DNA from: Massalongia carnosa
Taxonomy: Eukaryota
DNA: 64,000 nt
Direction of reading: 5' to 3'
Assembly: GCA_965645245.1 (NCBI GenBank)
Contig: OZ287076.1
Span: forward strand, 1,364,001 to 1,428,000
The position numbers and the translations under genes were made by a program. The notes under the pieces are model-generated. The model was not told the origin of the DNA. It was given only the letters and a program-made list of their open reading frames with translations, and made no database searches. Positions 51,851-63,100 of this stretch are shown here, one piece after another (position 1 is the first letter of the stretch; each line of letters starts with the position of its first letter).

Positions 51851-54800
51851 TCAAGTCCTGCCAGTACTTGTTTTGCCTGTAGGTTCAACCGTGGTTGAAT
51901 TGTTATCCATGTGTAATTGTCTGACAAACGAGAAGAACTTAACATGAGTGAGAGGTTTTGTCAGTCCGTCTGCTATCATGTCTTCTGTTGAGACATAGGT
52001 GAGGTCGATTCGTCCCTCGAGGACCTCGTTCCGGATGAAGTGATGCTGAATGTCTATGTGCTTAGTCCTAGCGTGTAAGACAGGATTGTTGGCAAGGGCT
52101 ATGGCGCTTTGATTGTCGCCTTTTAATGCGATGGTGCCTTCTCCTCTTAACACATTTACCGTTGGGGATTCGTTGTCTATAGTCATTAATCCAAGTTCGG
52201 TCATCAGTAAACGTAGCCATGTGGCCTCCTTTGCTGCTAAGGTAAGTGCCATATACTCTGCTTCAGTTGATGATAATGCGACGGTTGTTTGTCTTTTGGA
52301 GCACCAGCTTATGGGTCCATTGTTTAACATGAAGACATAACCAGACGTTGACTTGCGTTCTTCCTTGTCTCCGGCCCAGTCGGAATCGGAATACCCTTGT
52401 ATTGTCAGGTCTCCTCCGCCGAAGGTGATACCTCTGTCCTTGGTAGCGCTAAGATACCTGAGAATATGTTTGGCCGCTTCCATGTGTGTCCTGCTTGGAT
52501 TTTTCGAATGTCGACTGACTGCAGATGTTGCAAAAGCAATGTCGGGTCTTGTTTCTATCATCGCGAACATGATGGATCCAACAATGGTTTGATATTGTCT
52601 AATGTCTTTGTCGGAGGCTTGGGATTCATTGGTGAAAAGACATTCTTCTCGCATGGGAGTATTGGCTGTTTTTGCATTTTGCATATGAAATCTTTCTAGC
52701 ACTTTCTCAATATAGGTTGGTTGAGATAGCTTGATGATCCTTTTGACTCGATCTCGTTCGACCTTGAGACCTAAGTAGTAACTGATCGGTCCCATGTCTA
52801 CCATTTTGAATGCTAGCTTGAGTTGTCTCTTGACTTCGGTGATCATTTGGGAGCCCTTTGGACCTATGATGTTCAGATCATCAACGAAAGAAGTAACGAT
52901 GGGACCTTTTATGCCTTGAGGTGTGGCGAAGATGCTGTGGTCTGCGTGAAGCTTCTCGAGTCCTAATTTTTGCAGCAGAAAGGTAGAAAGTCGTTCATAC
53001 CAGAGGCGAGGAGACTGTTTTAGACCATACAGGGCCTTGTTCAGTTTACATATCATGCCGGGTACGTCATAACCTTTTGGCATGTGAACATAGATGAGTT
53101 GATCAATGAAGCCATTGAGGAAAGCTGTCACTATATCGAGTTGTTCGATATCCAAGTCATGATAAGCAGCTAATGCGAATATCAGACGAAAGGCCATCGG
53201 CTTGACCACAGAAGCGAAGGTTTGATCGAAGTCTACTCCGTATTGTTGTAGATATCCCTTGACGACCCATCTAGCTTTGAAGCGGGTGATGTTTCCATTC
53301 ACATCTTTCTTTAGCTTATATACCCACTTACCGCTTAATGCTATGTGTCCAAGTTTCATGGTTTCGATAGGTACAGTGTCCCAGGTGTTGTTTTCCATGA
53401 GGCTCTTGTGCTCTTCGTTCATTGCCAGGCTCCATTCGTTTGAATAGCTGGAGTTCATTGCTTGATGATATGTCTGTGGCTCAGCTATGTCTGATTGAAC
53501 GAACGCATCAAGATCGTTTAGGTTTGCTGCTCCCTCTTTTTCCATTTCCTTGGCTAGAAGTATGAGTGGATCTTCTTCATCTTTGTCTACCATTGTGAAG
53601 ATATGCTCTGGTTCAGTCAGTGCTTCATTAGACAGAAGGGCCAGTACTTGTGCTACATGAGCATGTTTCCTGGGCCTACCTCTTCCTCGTTTTGAAGCTT
53701 CAGTGACTTCGGGATTTAACCGTGGTTGAGTTCTGGAAGAGTTGGAAATGGCTTTAGGCAGATTCTCATCTTCTTCAACAATCATCACGGAATCGTATGT
53801 AGGCAGATCAGTCTCATTCTTGTCTATAGCATCTTCATGAATTCGTAGATCTTTGACTCGAATGACCTTGTAGTCTTTTTCCAGGAAGACGCGATAGATA
53901 GTGTTTCCGTCATATCCACACAAGATTCCTTTCTGAGCTCTTGGGGCGAATTTTGCAGACTTGCTGTTCATTCCCTTTCGCTCTTGTTCATGAATCAATG
54001 CATAAACGGTGGATCCAAGTACTCTCAAGTGATCTAGCTTGGGTGGTTTGTTCTCAAAGACTTCATAAGGGGTTTTACCTCCCAAGGCGTTTGTTGGTCT
54101 AACGTTTTTGGTGTGAACCATGGCTAAAACGACTTCTGTCCACAGATAATCTGGAATTCCTCCACCAATAACTGTGCATCTTGTCATGTCCATGATGGTC
54201 CTACCCATTCGTTCTGCGACACCGTTTTCTTCTTGAGAATATGTGGCGGAAGGTTCATATATTATACCTTGTTGAAGGAACCAGTTATCTGACTTGTGAC
54301 TGCGTAGTTCTGTGCCGAAGTCAGTGCGAAAGATGCTTATTGGCTTTGCTTTCCCAGATTTGTTTTGAGCCATGTTGTTGTATGTCAACAAGTGATCAAA
54401 CCATTCACTTTTTTGTGTCCCGTATAAACATGAGTGTATCTGCTGGCGTCACAGGTGAAGGTGAAGAAGTAGAGCTCTTCAAGGAGCCCTACTGGTTTGA
54501 TTGGTCCTACCATGTCGGAGTTTATTTTCTGGAAGATCTCCGTGGCTTTCTCTTGTGGAGTTCGATTGTATATCTTGGTGGCTTTCCCCATCTCGCAAGC
54601 ATGACAGAACCAACCCTGATTGATATCGTCAACAAACGTTATGTTCAGTGTTTTCAGGTACTTTCGGCATGTCGGTATGTTGAGATGACCAAGACGTGCA
54701 TGCCAAGTTGTGAGCTTGAATTTTATGAAAGTTTGATGAATAGCGACGTTTTCTTCTTGATAAGTGTTCTCGTCAATCTTGTTCAGATGCATCCTCATAT

Positions 54801-55227
54801 CTAGAGTGTCTATGGTTTGTAGCATGAAGTTGCTGTTAACTCTGGGTACATAACATATGATTTTCTTGGTAGGTTCAAGGAACAGTCTCCAGTTCGAGTT
54901 ATCATAGAAAATAGAATGCTGATTGAGTAGTCCAAGGCTGACGAGGCTCACAGGGCATTGAGGAATGTAAAGTACATTGTTGAGGGTCAAAACTGAACAA
55001 GGTGATCCGTCCTCTGATGTCAAAGTTTTTTGAATAGTCCCTCTTCCTGGCGATGTGCCTGTGGACGTTGATCCTGCTAGTCCTGTAGGATAGTCTATGT
55101 AGTCAGTGAAAGAGGGTCTGTGATTGCATACATGCATATCTGCCGCGCTGTCCAATAGCCAAGAACTTCTACTGAGACTTGTCATAGTCATGATCTTCTG
55201 TAGTCTAACGGTCATGACCTTTGTGAG
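51851..55227 (-). CDS. Copia pol (protease, GAG-pre-integrase, integrase, RT, RNase H); one frameshift at an A6 run (~54409-54414)
   Basis: WLLDSAADMH, WHARLGH, CHACEMGK, RTDFGTE, ENGVAER, KARWVVKG, LYGLKQSPRLW, FVDD, YSDSDWAG, SSTEAEY, KHIDI, ADGLTKPL. Confidence 0.95.
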
Positions 55228-56169
55228 TCAACTGCTCACAGTTGGTAGGTCTGTTGATACAGTGGATGTCGGGACCGTTTCCGTTTTGGAATCAGAGGTC
55301 CTTGTTCCTCTTGTCTTCATAGACTCCAAGGGGTATGTTTGACGTCTCAGATTTGGGTATTTCTGAAAGCATTTCTCTAGTAAGTGGGAAGTCCGCCCTC
55401 TTCGGACACATTCTGGAAAGGTGCAAGTTCCTGGTGGTGCTTTTCCGTTGTTTCCGGCAACGCCAGTTCTGGAAGCATTGATGTGGAGTGCCTTCCTCTC
55501 TGGCCTGCTGATGGAGTAAGCGGTGATTGATCTGCATGCAGTCGTGAGGTTCGATCTGCCAGTAATCCAATCCCGACGAAGTTGAGCTATAAGGGGTAGA
55601 TAGTCCTCGATGACGTTTCGTAACAAGTATCCTTGAAGGACTTGTTCTGCTCCCTTTGCGTTCAGTTCCGAGTCCTCATCTATCATGCCTTTTATGGAGT
55701 TCAATGCTTTTTCATACTCAGCGCAGTATTGAGTGACATTCTCATAATTCGTCATCTTCTTGGAGTTCATGTTGTAGAGAATGTCGGTGATGCTCATGGG
55801 TGCGATGTCCTGAAACTTGATCTTCAAGATTCTCCACATATCGCCAGCTGTGCGGGTTGATATCAGAGTGTGATGCTGTGGGGCGACACGCATTTGAATG
55901 ATTCCTTCGGCCTTGAGCATGAGAAGGCTCTGCTTTTCAACGTCAGCTCCGACTTTGGTAAAGATTTGTTCATCCTTGAGATTCGCCTCGGTGAAGCCCA
56001 TCTCCAAGTACTTGCGCTTGACTGTCTGATACGTGATAGCGGCAATGTTGTCTTGAATAGCAAAGATACAATTCTTTTGCTTCAGAATGCCCTCGGTGTG
56101 CACAACCCATTGTGGATAATCTTCCGCTTTTTCTAACAACTGAATCACGTCTTGAGTAGAACTAGACAT
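55228..56169 (-). CDS. Copia gag
   Basis: 313-aa intact ORF upstream of the protease, with a CTFPEC...HLLEKC knuckle variant; ends in TGA in frame with pol. Confidence 0.88.
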   Translation of the reverse strand: MSSSTQDVIQLLEKAEDYPQWVVHTEGILKQKNCIFAIQDNIAAITYQTVKRKYLEMGFTEANLKDEQIFTKVGADVEKQSLLMLKAEGIIQMRVAPQHHTLISTRTAGDMWRILKIKFQDIAPMSITDILYNMNSKKMTNYENVTQYCAEYEKALNSIKGMIDEDSELNAKGAEQVLQGYLLRNVIEDYLPLIAQLRRDWITGRSNLTTACRSITAYSISRPERKALHINASRTGVAGNNGKAPPGTCTFPECVRRGRTSHLLEKCFQKYPNLRRQTYPLESMKTRGTRTSDSKTETVPTSTVSTDLPTVSS

Positions 56170-56360
56170 CTTGTGAATGAAGAGTAGAAAGCTTGTGAAT
56201 GAAGAACTTGATTTTTATATCTTAGAGTTCTATAATACAATGTGTGAGGGATAAAGTAGGAGGATGATGTGTTGACTTCTCCTTATGAGAAAAACAAGCA
56301 GCATTCCTTTTACTTATCATCATGCACCTCATTGTCCTAGCAATATTTGCTCCAAGCCCA

Positions 56361-56610
56361 TATCCTAGTGAAAATTTGTCTAACACTTGGTGGCTTGATT
56401 GTAGTCTGATGAACTTTGATCTATCATCGGCTTGTATCCTAGTGAACTTTTACCTATCACTTGGTGGCTTGATTGTAACCTGATGAACTTTGATCTATCA
56501 TCGGCTTCTATCCTAGTGAAATTTTATCTATCACTTGGTGGCTTGATTGTAACCTGATGAACTTTGACCTATCATCGGCTTGTATCCTAGTGAACTTTTA
56601 TCTATCACTT
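56361..56610. repeat. 74-bp tandem repeat (3.4 copies) in the Copia 5' leader
   Basis: TATCCTAGTGAA recurs at 56361, 56435, 56509 and 56583. Confidence 0.93.
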
Positions 56611-57154
56611 GACGACAAGGAAAAACAGAGTCTGAACAGGGATATACCGTTTTCATTTAACAGGCACAGGGCCTGTTAAATGAAACAGGGTTCTTCCACT
56701 TTCACTACTCCCATGTTTTCCCTTCTGTGGCGTTCAAGAAATCTCTTTTGGCAAGGAAGGACTACTTTTCCAAGATGGGTCTGTATCTCTTCCTGCTCCC
56801 TGAACCTAGTTGACATAGTGGTATCCTTTGGTCTTTAGAGGTTCATCGTTCCTTCTAATCTCCAGGCATACACGCTATTCAAAGGTTTGTTGAGATTGCC
56901 TTGGGCCTTTGGGCTAACGGCCTGTCTGGTGTCCAAGGTCTTTGTAGGTATTGTGCATTTGAATTTCGTGTAATGATGCGTGTGCGTAGTTCACGATAGA
57001 TAATCGTGGTGAGGTAAATTCTAAGTACGCAAAGAAATTTTTTAGTATTGCATCTAAGGGGTTTTTTTTTTGTAAACGATGATGCTTAGCTATTATGCAC
57101 TGTAGTGCTGCGGATGAGCAATTCGATTCGTGACTGAATCGATAGCGCCCTTCC

Positions 57155-57166
57155 GGGCTCATAACC
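57155..57166 (-). promoter_or_regulatory. Copia primer-binding site GGTTATGAGCCC (internal half of initiator tRNA-Met type)
   Basis: Abuts the 5' LTR; resembles the PBS type used by Drosophila copia and yeast Ty5. Confidence 0.8.
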
Positions 57167-58586
57167 TGTTGAAATAGGTATATGACTATGGCTATATGGC
57201 TATGATAAAAATGGTATGTATGACCGTGATGTTAAGGATGAAGAGTGCTGTTCAGCAGTCTTTGTCCCATAACTGGTCACCCTCTGCTAAGCGAGGTGAT
57301 AAGATTATCTGAGCTGATCTTATCTAATCTCTAGGCTAAGCCTAATACGGCATCTACGGTTTCTGTAGGTGCTCTGTCCATCTTGGGCAGTCGTAGGTGC
57401 TATGTTCATTGAACTGGTAGGTGTTCACTGTACTGGTAGGAGTTGAATATTCAACACACACGGTGTAAATATTGCAAAATTTGATGAAAACATGCAATAT
57501 TTGCAAGACGAAATTAAAAAGTTCAATTCGAACATGCAATTATGCGATGTTTCCAGAGGGCTAGCACGTGATCGTTATAACAAGATCAAGTCATCCTTTG
57601 TTTTGACATTCAATGATTGAAATATGGCCTTGAACGTGTTAAAAGGAGTCAATATCGCGGGCCGACATTGTGACACGGAAATATTTACCTCCGTTCGTCC
57701 AAACACAAAAGACCACCTATCGAAACACAAGTACCGCAACTTTTGATACTCTAAAACTTTCACAGTCAATTGAACATCTCTTTCTCAGTCATTTGAGCTC
57801 CTCCAGAGCAAAAACGGACTCAGATTGAGTGTAGGAGAGCTCTAGCAAAGCTCCAGCAGAGATTTTCTGCTGGTCGCACGCGACAGACGTGATAAAACGC
57901 GCTCAAGAAGTTATAAAAAACAACAAATACCAACAATATCACCAAAAATCGCTCTTTTTTCTCACTTTCTTCTGTTCTGTTGTCGCATTACCCTCAATTA
58001 TTACTACAAGATTTATCTACAAAAAATATCTACTGTCGCGACGACCAACTTTTTTGAAGTTCATTTCTCATTTAAGGTTACGGGAACTTCCGCAAGCTCA
58101 AATATTCACAGTATATTTCACGTATAATTTCTGCATATACCATTTTAGGCTTTATCGATCTCCATTGAATGGCCGGTCAACAGATCACTGAAAAGAAGGG
58201 GAAAAACGTCTGGAATAGGATTATACCAAAGGTCCTATTTCAGATTAATCAGAATAGGAAATCTCTTATTATCTTACCTTGCCTTAGATCTATTTTTATC
58301 GCAAAAAAGCAAAAAAAAAACCTTTCATTATTTTCAACTATTGTAGTGTCTGGTAAAGGGTTAAATAAGATTTACTGCCTAAGCGAGGAACGGTCTATTT
58401 TAACCCGATTAGGATTTATTTGACGAGTTATTGTCATATAAATAGGGATAGGAAAGCAAGAGTCGTTAGACCTGTAAATTGGTGTAAATTTCTATTCTGA
58501 TTAGTACGTCCGGGGAACATCAGAATAAATTATTTGGTGGTGATAAAAGGGATATTGAAAAGGCATATCGATTTATTTATTAAATC

Positions 58587-60160
58587 ATGTTCAATCCGGT
58601 ACTCCCTAGGACTCGACGAATTATATCGAGAGCCTCCCCGGGAACACCCCTGAGCACTCCTCAAAACCCTCCCCAAATGGAATCTCCGGGGCTCTCGTCA
58701 GTAGGACTTATAGAAAAATCCCCTGTACTTGACGAGCCTATGGATCAATCACATGAATATTCGTCCGCCCCGACTACGCCGACCCCAAAAGCAACCAAAT
58801 TCCCATCTGGACAATTTACTACCAATCTACCCATGCCATCGTTAAATTCTAATATAGAATTAAGCCCGCACATCAAACGTAACAAACGAAAAACATTCGA
58901 CGAACGAGTAGAGGAAAGCCAAGAAGCAATCAATCGAGCACAATCGATTGGATTACTCAAAACGGCTAGAACCGCGTTATTGAAGTCATTTGTCTTAGAT
59001 CAAAATCCAGAAACAGCAATAGTCATTGATAATGTCAATTCCTTATTGACAAAAAAATCAATTAATATCAAAACAACACTAGACATGATGAATTGGAAAT
59101 TGGAAAAGGTAATTGTTCAGACTAGTAATCGAACCTCAGAAACAACGCGAAAATCGACTCGGGTTCAACAAGTCAATATGACTGAAAATCCAAATAAAGT
59201 CGTCAACACGAACGCACGAAAGGAAACCGCCGGGGTTACGAGTACAAAGGTCAATAACACGCCTCCATCCTGGAGTCAAATGCTTGGAAAAGCAACTGCG
59301 AATTCCGAAAATTGGACCACTGTTTCCAGATCGAAAAATTCGAGTCAAACCTCGAACAACTCAACAAAACCGACGAATTAAATGCAATCAAACTCAGACG
59401 ACTGATAATTACACCAAAAATTCAAATCGGCGATATCGACTCATTGAAACTTCGAGATCAAATCAACGCGCAATTCAGCAACGCGAAGTTAGATATCGTA
59501 ATCAACACGGTCGAAAAATCGAAAACCGGTCAGAATATCGTTCTCACTACTAGTTCGAAAAACACTGCTGCAGAATTGTTGGAAAACAAATCTATATGGG
59601 AACATATGTTCGATGCACAAAGAATTCGAAAAGACGAATCCTGGTTTAAAGTGATCGCACATGGAGTAAATATTGCAACGTTTGATCAAAGTATGCAATT
59701 TTTGCAAAATGAAATCCAGAAATTCAACCTTAACATAGAATTGTGCGATTTACCCAGATGGCTAGCGCGAGACCGCGAAAATAAAGTCAATTCTTCGGTC
59801 GTTTTGACTTTTAACGATCGAAATCAGGCCTTAAACGCGTTAAAAGGCGTAAATATCGCGGGAAAACACTGTGACACGGAAATATTTACTTCCGTTCGTC
59901 CGAATACACAATGTATTAATTGTCAAAAATTCGGACACAAGCATTATCAGTGTCGAAACAAATCAAAATGCAATATTTGTGCACAAAATCATGAAACACG
60001 TAATCATGAATGCATAACATGCAAATCGAAAACTGCGTGTGCACACGTTGTTTTGAAATGTGCAAACTGCAATAAAAATCATCAATCAAATGATGAACAT
60101 TGTGAAATGTTTACTGCATTAAATCCACGAAAATCGGCTGACGAATTATCCGCCTTATAA
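58587..60160 (+). pseudogene. LINE-B ORF1 (zinc knuckles), 1-bp frameshift near 59357
   Basis: ORFs 58587-59381 and 59312-60160; QCINCQKFGHKHYQC, CNICAQNH, CANCNKNH. Confidence 0.9.
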
Positions 60161-63100
60161 TGGCAGGACAGCATTCGTTGGCAAATATAGAAAATACTCA
60201 CAATGTCAAATTTATTCAACACAACTGTGGAAGGTCAACGAATGCAATGATTTCGTGTTTGGAATATGCTTTATCAAATCAAGTTGATATTGTATTGTTT
60301 CAGGAACCATGGACACGAGATCAAAAAACAATATCACATCCGTCATTTACATGCATTATGCCGAAAATAGCAACTTATCGCTCGAGAGTAGCTATATTTG
60401 TTACAAAATGCAATCCCAAACTGCAATGCACGCCTAGAACGGATCTTATTGACGATTCCGATATGCAAATTATTGAAATTACAATTGATGAAGTTCGAAA
60501 AGTGCAGATTTTCAATATTTATAACGAAAAAAGTCAAAATGATCGAGAAACATACACGATCGATCGACTTTTAATCAAATATCAACCTACATCAACTAAT
60601 CAATTCATCATATGTGGAGATTTCAATGCACATCATAAATGGTGGAATTCGAAAATTCAACATGCAATTCGATCAGAAAATTTAGTCAAATGGTTGAAAA
60701 TAAACAAATGTAGTTTGATAAACACACCTGATTTATGCACATTCTACGCCCATTCTGGAAGTTCATTATCTGTTATTGATTTAACATTTGCAAATTCCAA
60801 AATCGAAAATGCAATTACAAACTGGGCAATCGATGAAAACGCAGTCACAGGTTCAGATCATGAAGTCATCCGATTTGAACTAATCGCATCTTTCAAAAAT
60901 TTGACGTCACATGCAACCGCATTATCGAATAAATACAATTGTAATAAAGCTGATTGGAATAAATTCGCGAAGTTTCTAGACGAAAATTCAATCAACTACG
61001 AATCAAAAGTTCAAAGTTTATTGAATAATCATCAATTCGACGAATCAGCGATAAATTTGCAAAAAATTATCAAAAACGCGGCTGAAATGTTTATTCCGAA
61101 AACAAAAATATGTGCAAAATCGAAAAATTGGTGGTCGCAAGATTTAACCGAACTTCGAAAAATCATGTGCAGGCATCGTCGAGAATGGAAGAATTATCCG
61201 TCCGATTTTAGTCATCGGACGTTTAAACATAGTCGAATTAAGTATTTTCATGCAATTCGAAAAGCAAAACAACAAACCTGGTTGACTTTTCTAGAAAATG
61301 CAGCGAATAAAGACGTCTTTACCGCGTATAAATATACTAAACCGCGCATATTCGAAAAAATACCGCCGATTCTACATGAAAATAAGCTTAATGTTCAGTT
61401 TGATGACAAATGCGATGCTTTTGTGTCAGCAATGTACACAAAAAACCCATTTATAGTCGATAATGTCGAAGATTTACCAAATCAAGACAGCGAAAATGAT
61501 GATAATTGGCCAGATTTGACCGAAAACGAGCTGCAAAATGCTATTAATTTATTTAATCCGAAGAAAGCATGTGGACCTGATGCAATCAATTTTACAATTG
61601 TTCAAAAATCGTTTCAATCGTTGAAAAACGTGTTTTTCATGATTTATTCGAAATTCATTCGAATCGGTTATCACCCGTTATGCTGGCGGACAGGACTCGG
61701 TGCAGTTCTGAAAAAACCTAATAAATCAGACTATTTGCTACCAAAATCATATCGAATTATCACATTACTAAATTGTCTTGGTAAAATTGCTGAGAAAATC
61801 GTTGCAAATCGACTAGCCTACTTCGGCGAAAATTCGAATTTACTAGATATCGAACAGATGGGCGGACGCAAAAATCATTCTGCAATTGACGCAGTAATGA
61901 ACGTCGTTCATGATATCGAAATTGCGAATCGAAATAAAAGCGTTTTATCCTGTTTATTACTCGATGTCAAAGGCGCATTTGACTTTGTCTCGATTAATCA
62001 ACTGCTAAATGTAATGAAAAAGCTGAAATTATCTCGCATAATAATTCAATGGGTCAAGCATTTCATGACAAAACGATCGATCAATTTGATATTCGATGAA
62101 AACAAAAGCAAAACATATTATGTCGAATCAGGAATTCCACAAGGTTCACCAATCTCGCCTATTCTATTTCTGATTTACATTCGTCACTTGTTTCCGAAAA
62201 TACGAATGAAATTTATTGCACATTCTCCCAGTTTTATTGACGATGTTGCAATATATGTCGAAAATAAAACTGCAAAACAAAATTGCAAAGAAATCGAAAT
62301 CATAGTCAAAACAGCTTTTGATTGGGCCGCATCGAATAATGTCAAATTTGATTACGATAAATCCGAGCTGATTCACTTCGAAAAGACAAGAAATGTATCG
62401 AAAGACACATTGGAATTACCAAACGGGACAGTACTAGAACCGAAAAATATAGTCAAATGGTTGGGCGTCTGGTTAGACCGGAAACTGAATTTCAAAAAAC
62501 ACGTCGAAACGCGAATCTCTTCTGCGAATCGATCGTTTTTTGCAATTCAGAATTTGATGAAATCCGAATGGGGTCTGAAACCGACCGCATGCAGACAGCT
62601 CTATTTGTCATGCATTATTCCTATTTCGGACTATGGCTCAGAAATTTGGTATAATGGTCAAAAGAAATATGAAAAACTATTTCAGAACCTACAAAATCGA
62701 ATGATTCGAAAGATTTTAGGAACTTTCAAAACCACACCTATTCAGGCGATGGAAATTGAATCACATGTTTTACCAGTTAAACTTCGATTATTAATGAAAA
62801 ATCAAAAATACGCAATTCGATTATTGAAGATTGCCGAAAATAACCCTATTTGTCAAAGAATTCCAAATACATATTCGATAAAATTCGAAAACATCGGTTT
62901 TGACACTAGTTTATGGAACAACAAATATGCCGAATGGAACGAAGACGAAAAACAAACAAATAAACGACATCCTAATCAGCTCATTCGCGTTCTTCATTCC
63001 GTTTCCGACATAGTTCACAAAACTGATGAGTTTGAACAATCAAATCATTTTATTAAACCTTGGAAATCGCCGTGCAAAATCGAATTTCAAATCGAAAATA

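Larger units (their letters stand above)
51554..57456 (-). mobile_element. Young full-length Ty1/Copia LTR retrotransposon
   Basis: 290-bp LTRs (TGTTG...CAACA) at 51554-51843 and 57167-57456 with no difference seen by eye; TSD CACAC; G-tract PPT at 51844-51850; gag-PR-IN-RT-RH order. Confidence 0.97.
49504..57710 (+). mobile_element. LINE-B 5' UTR and ORF1 (50395-51553, resuming 57462-57710), interrupted by Copia
   Basis: ORF1 ...WFKVVAH|GVNIAK... is contiguous across the Copia insertion. Confidence 0.9.

Noticed and set aside
56405..56580. Tandem hammerhead ribozymes (repeated CTGATGA)
   Set aside because: CTGATGA pairs with the downstream TCATCGG, and I could not build stems I-III with a correctly placed GAAA.
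58587..59381. Calling LINE ORF1 an EKA/AVR-like effector and naming the host species
   Set aside because: I cannot establish homology or taxon without a database search.
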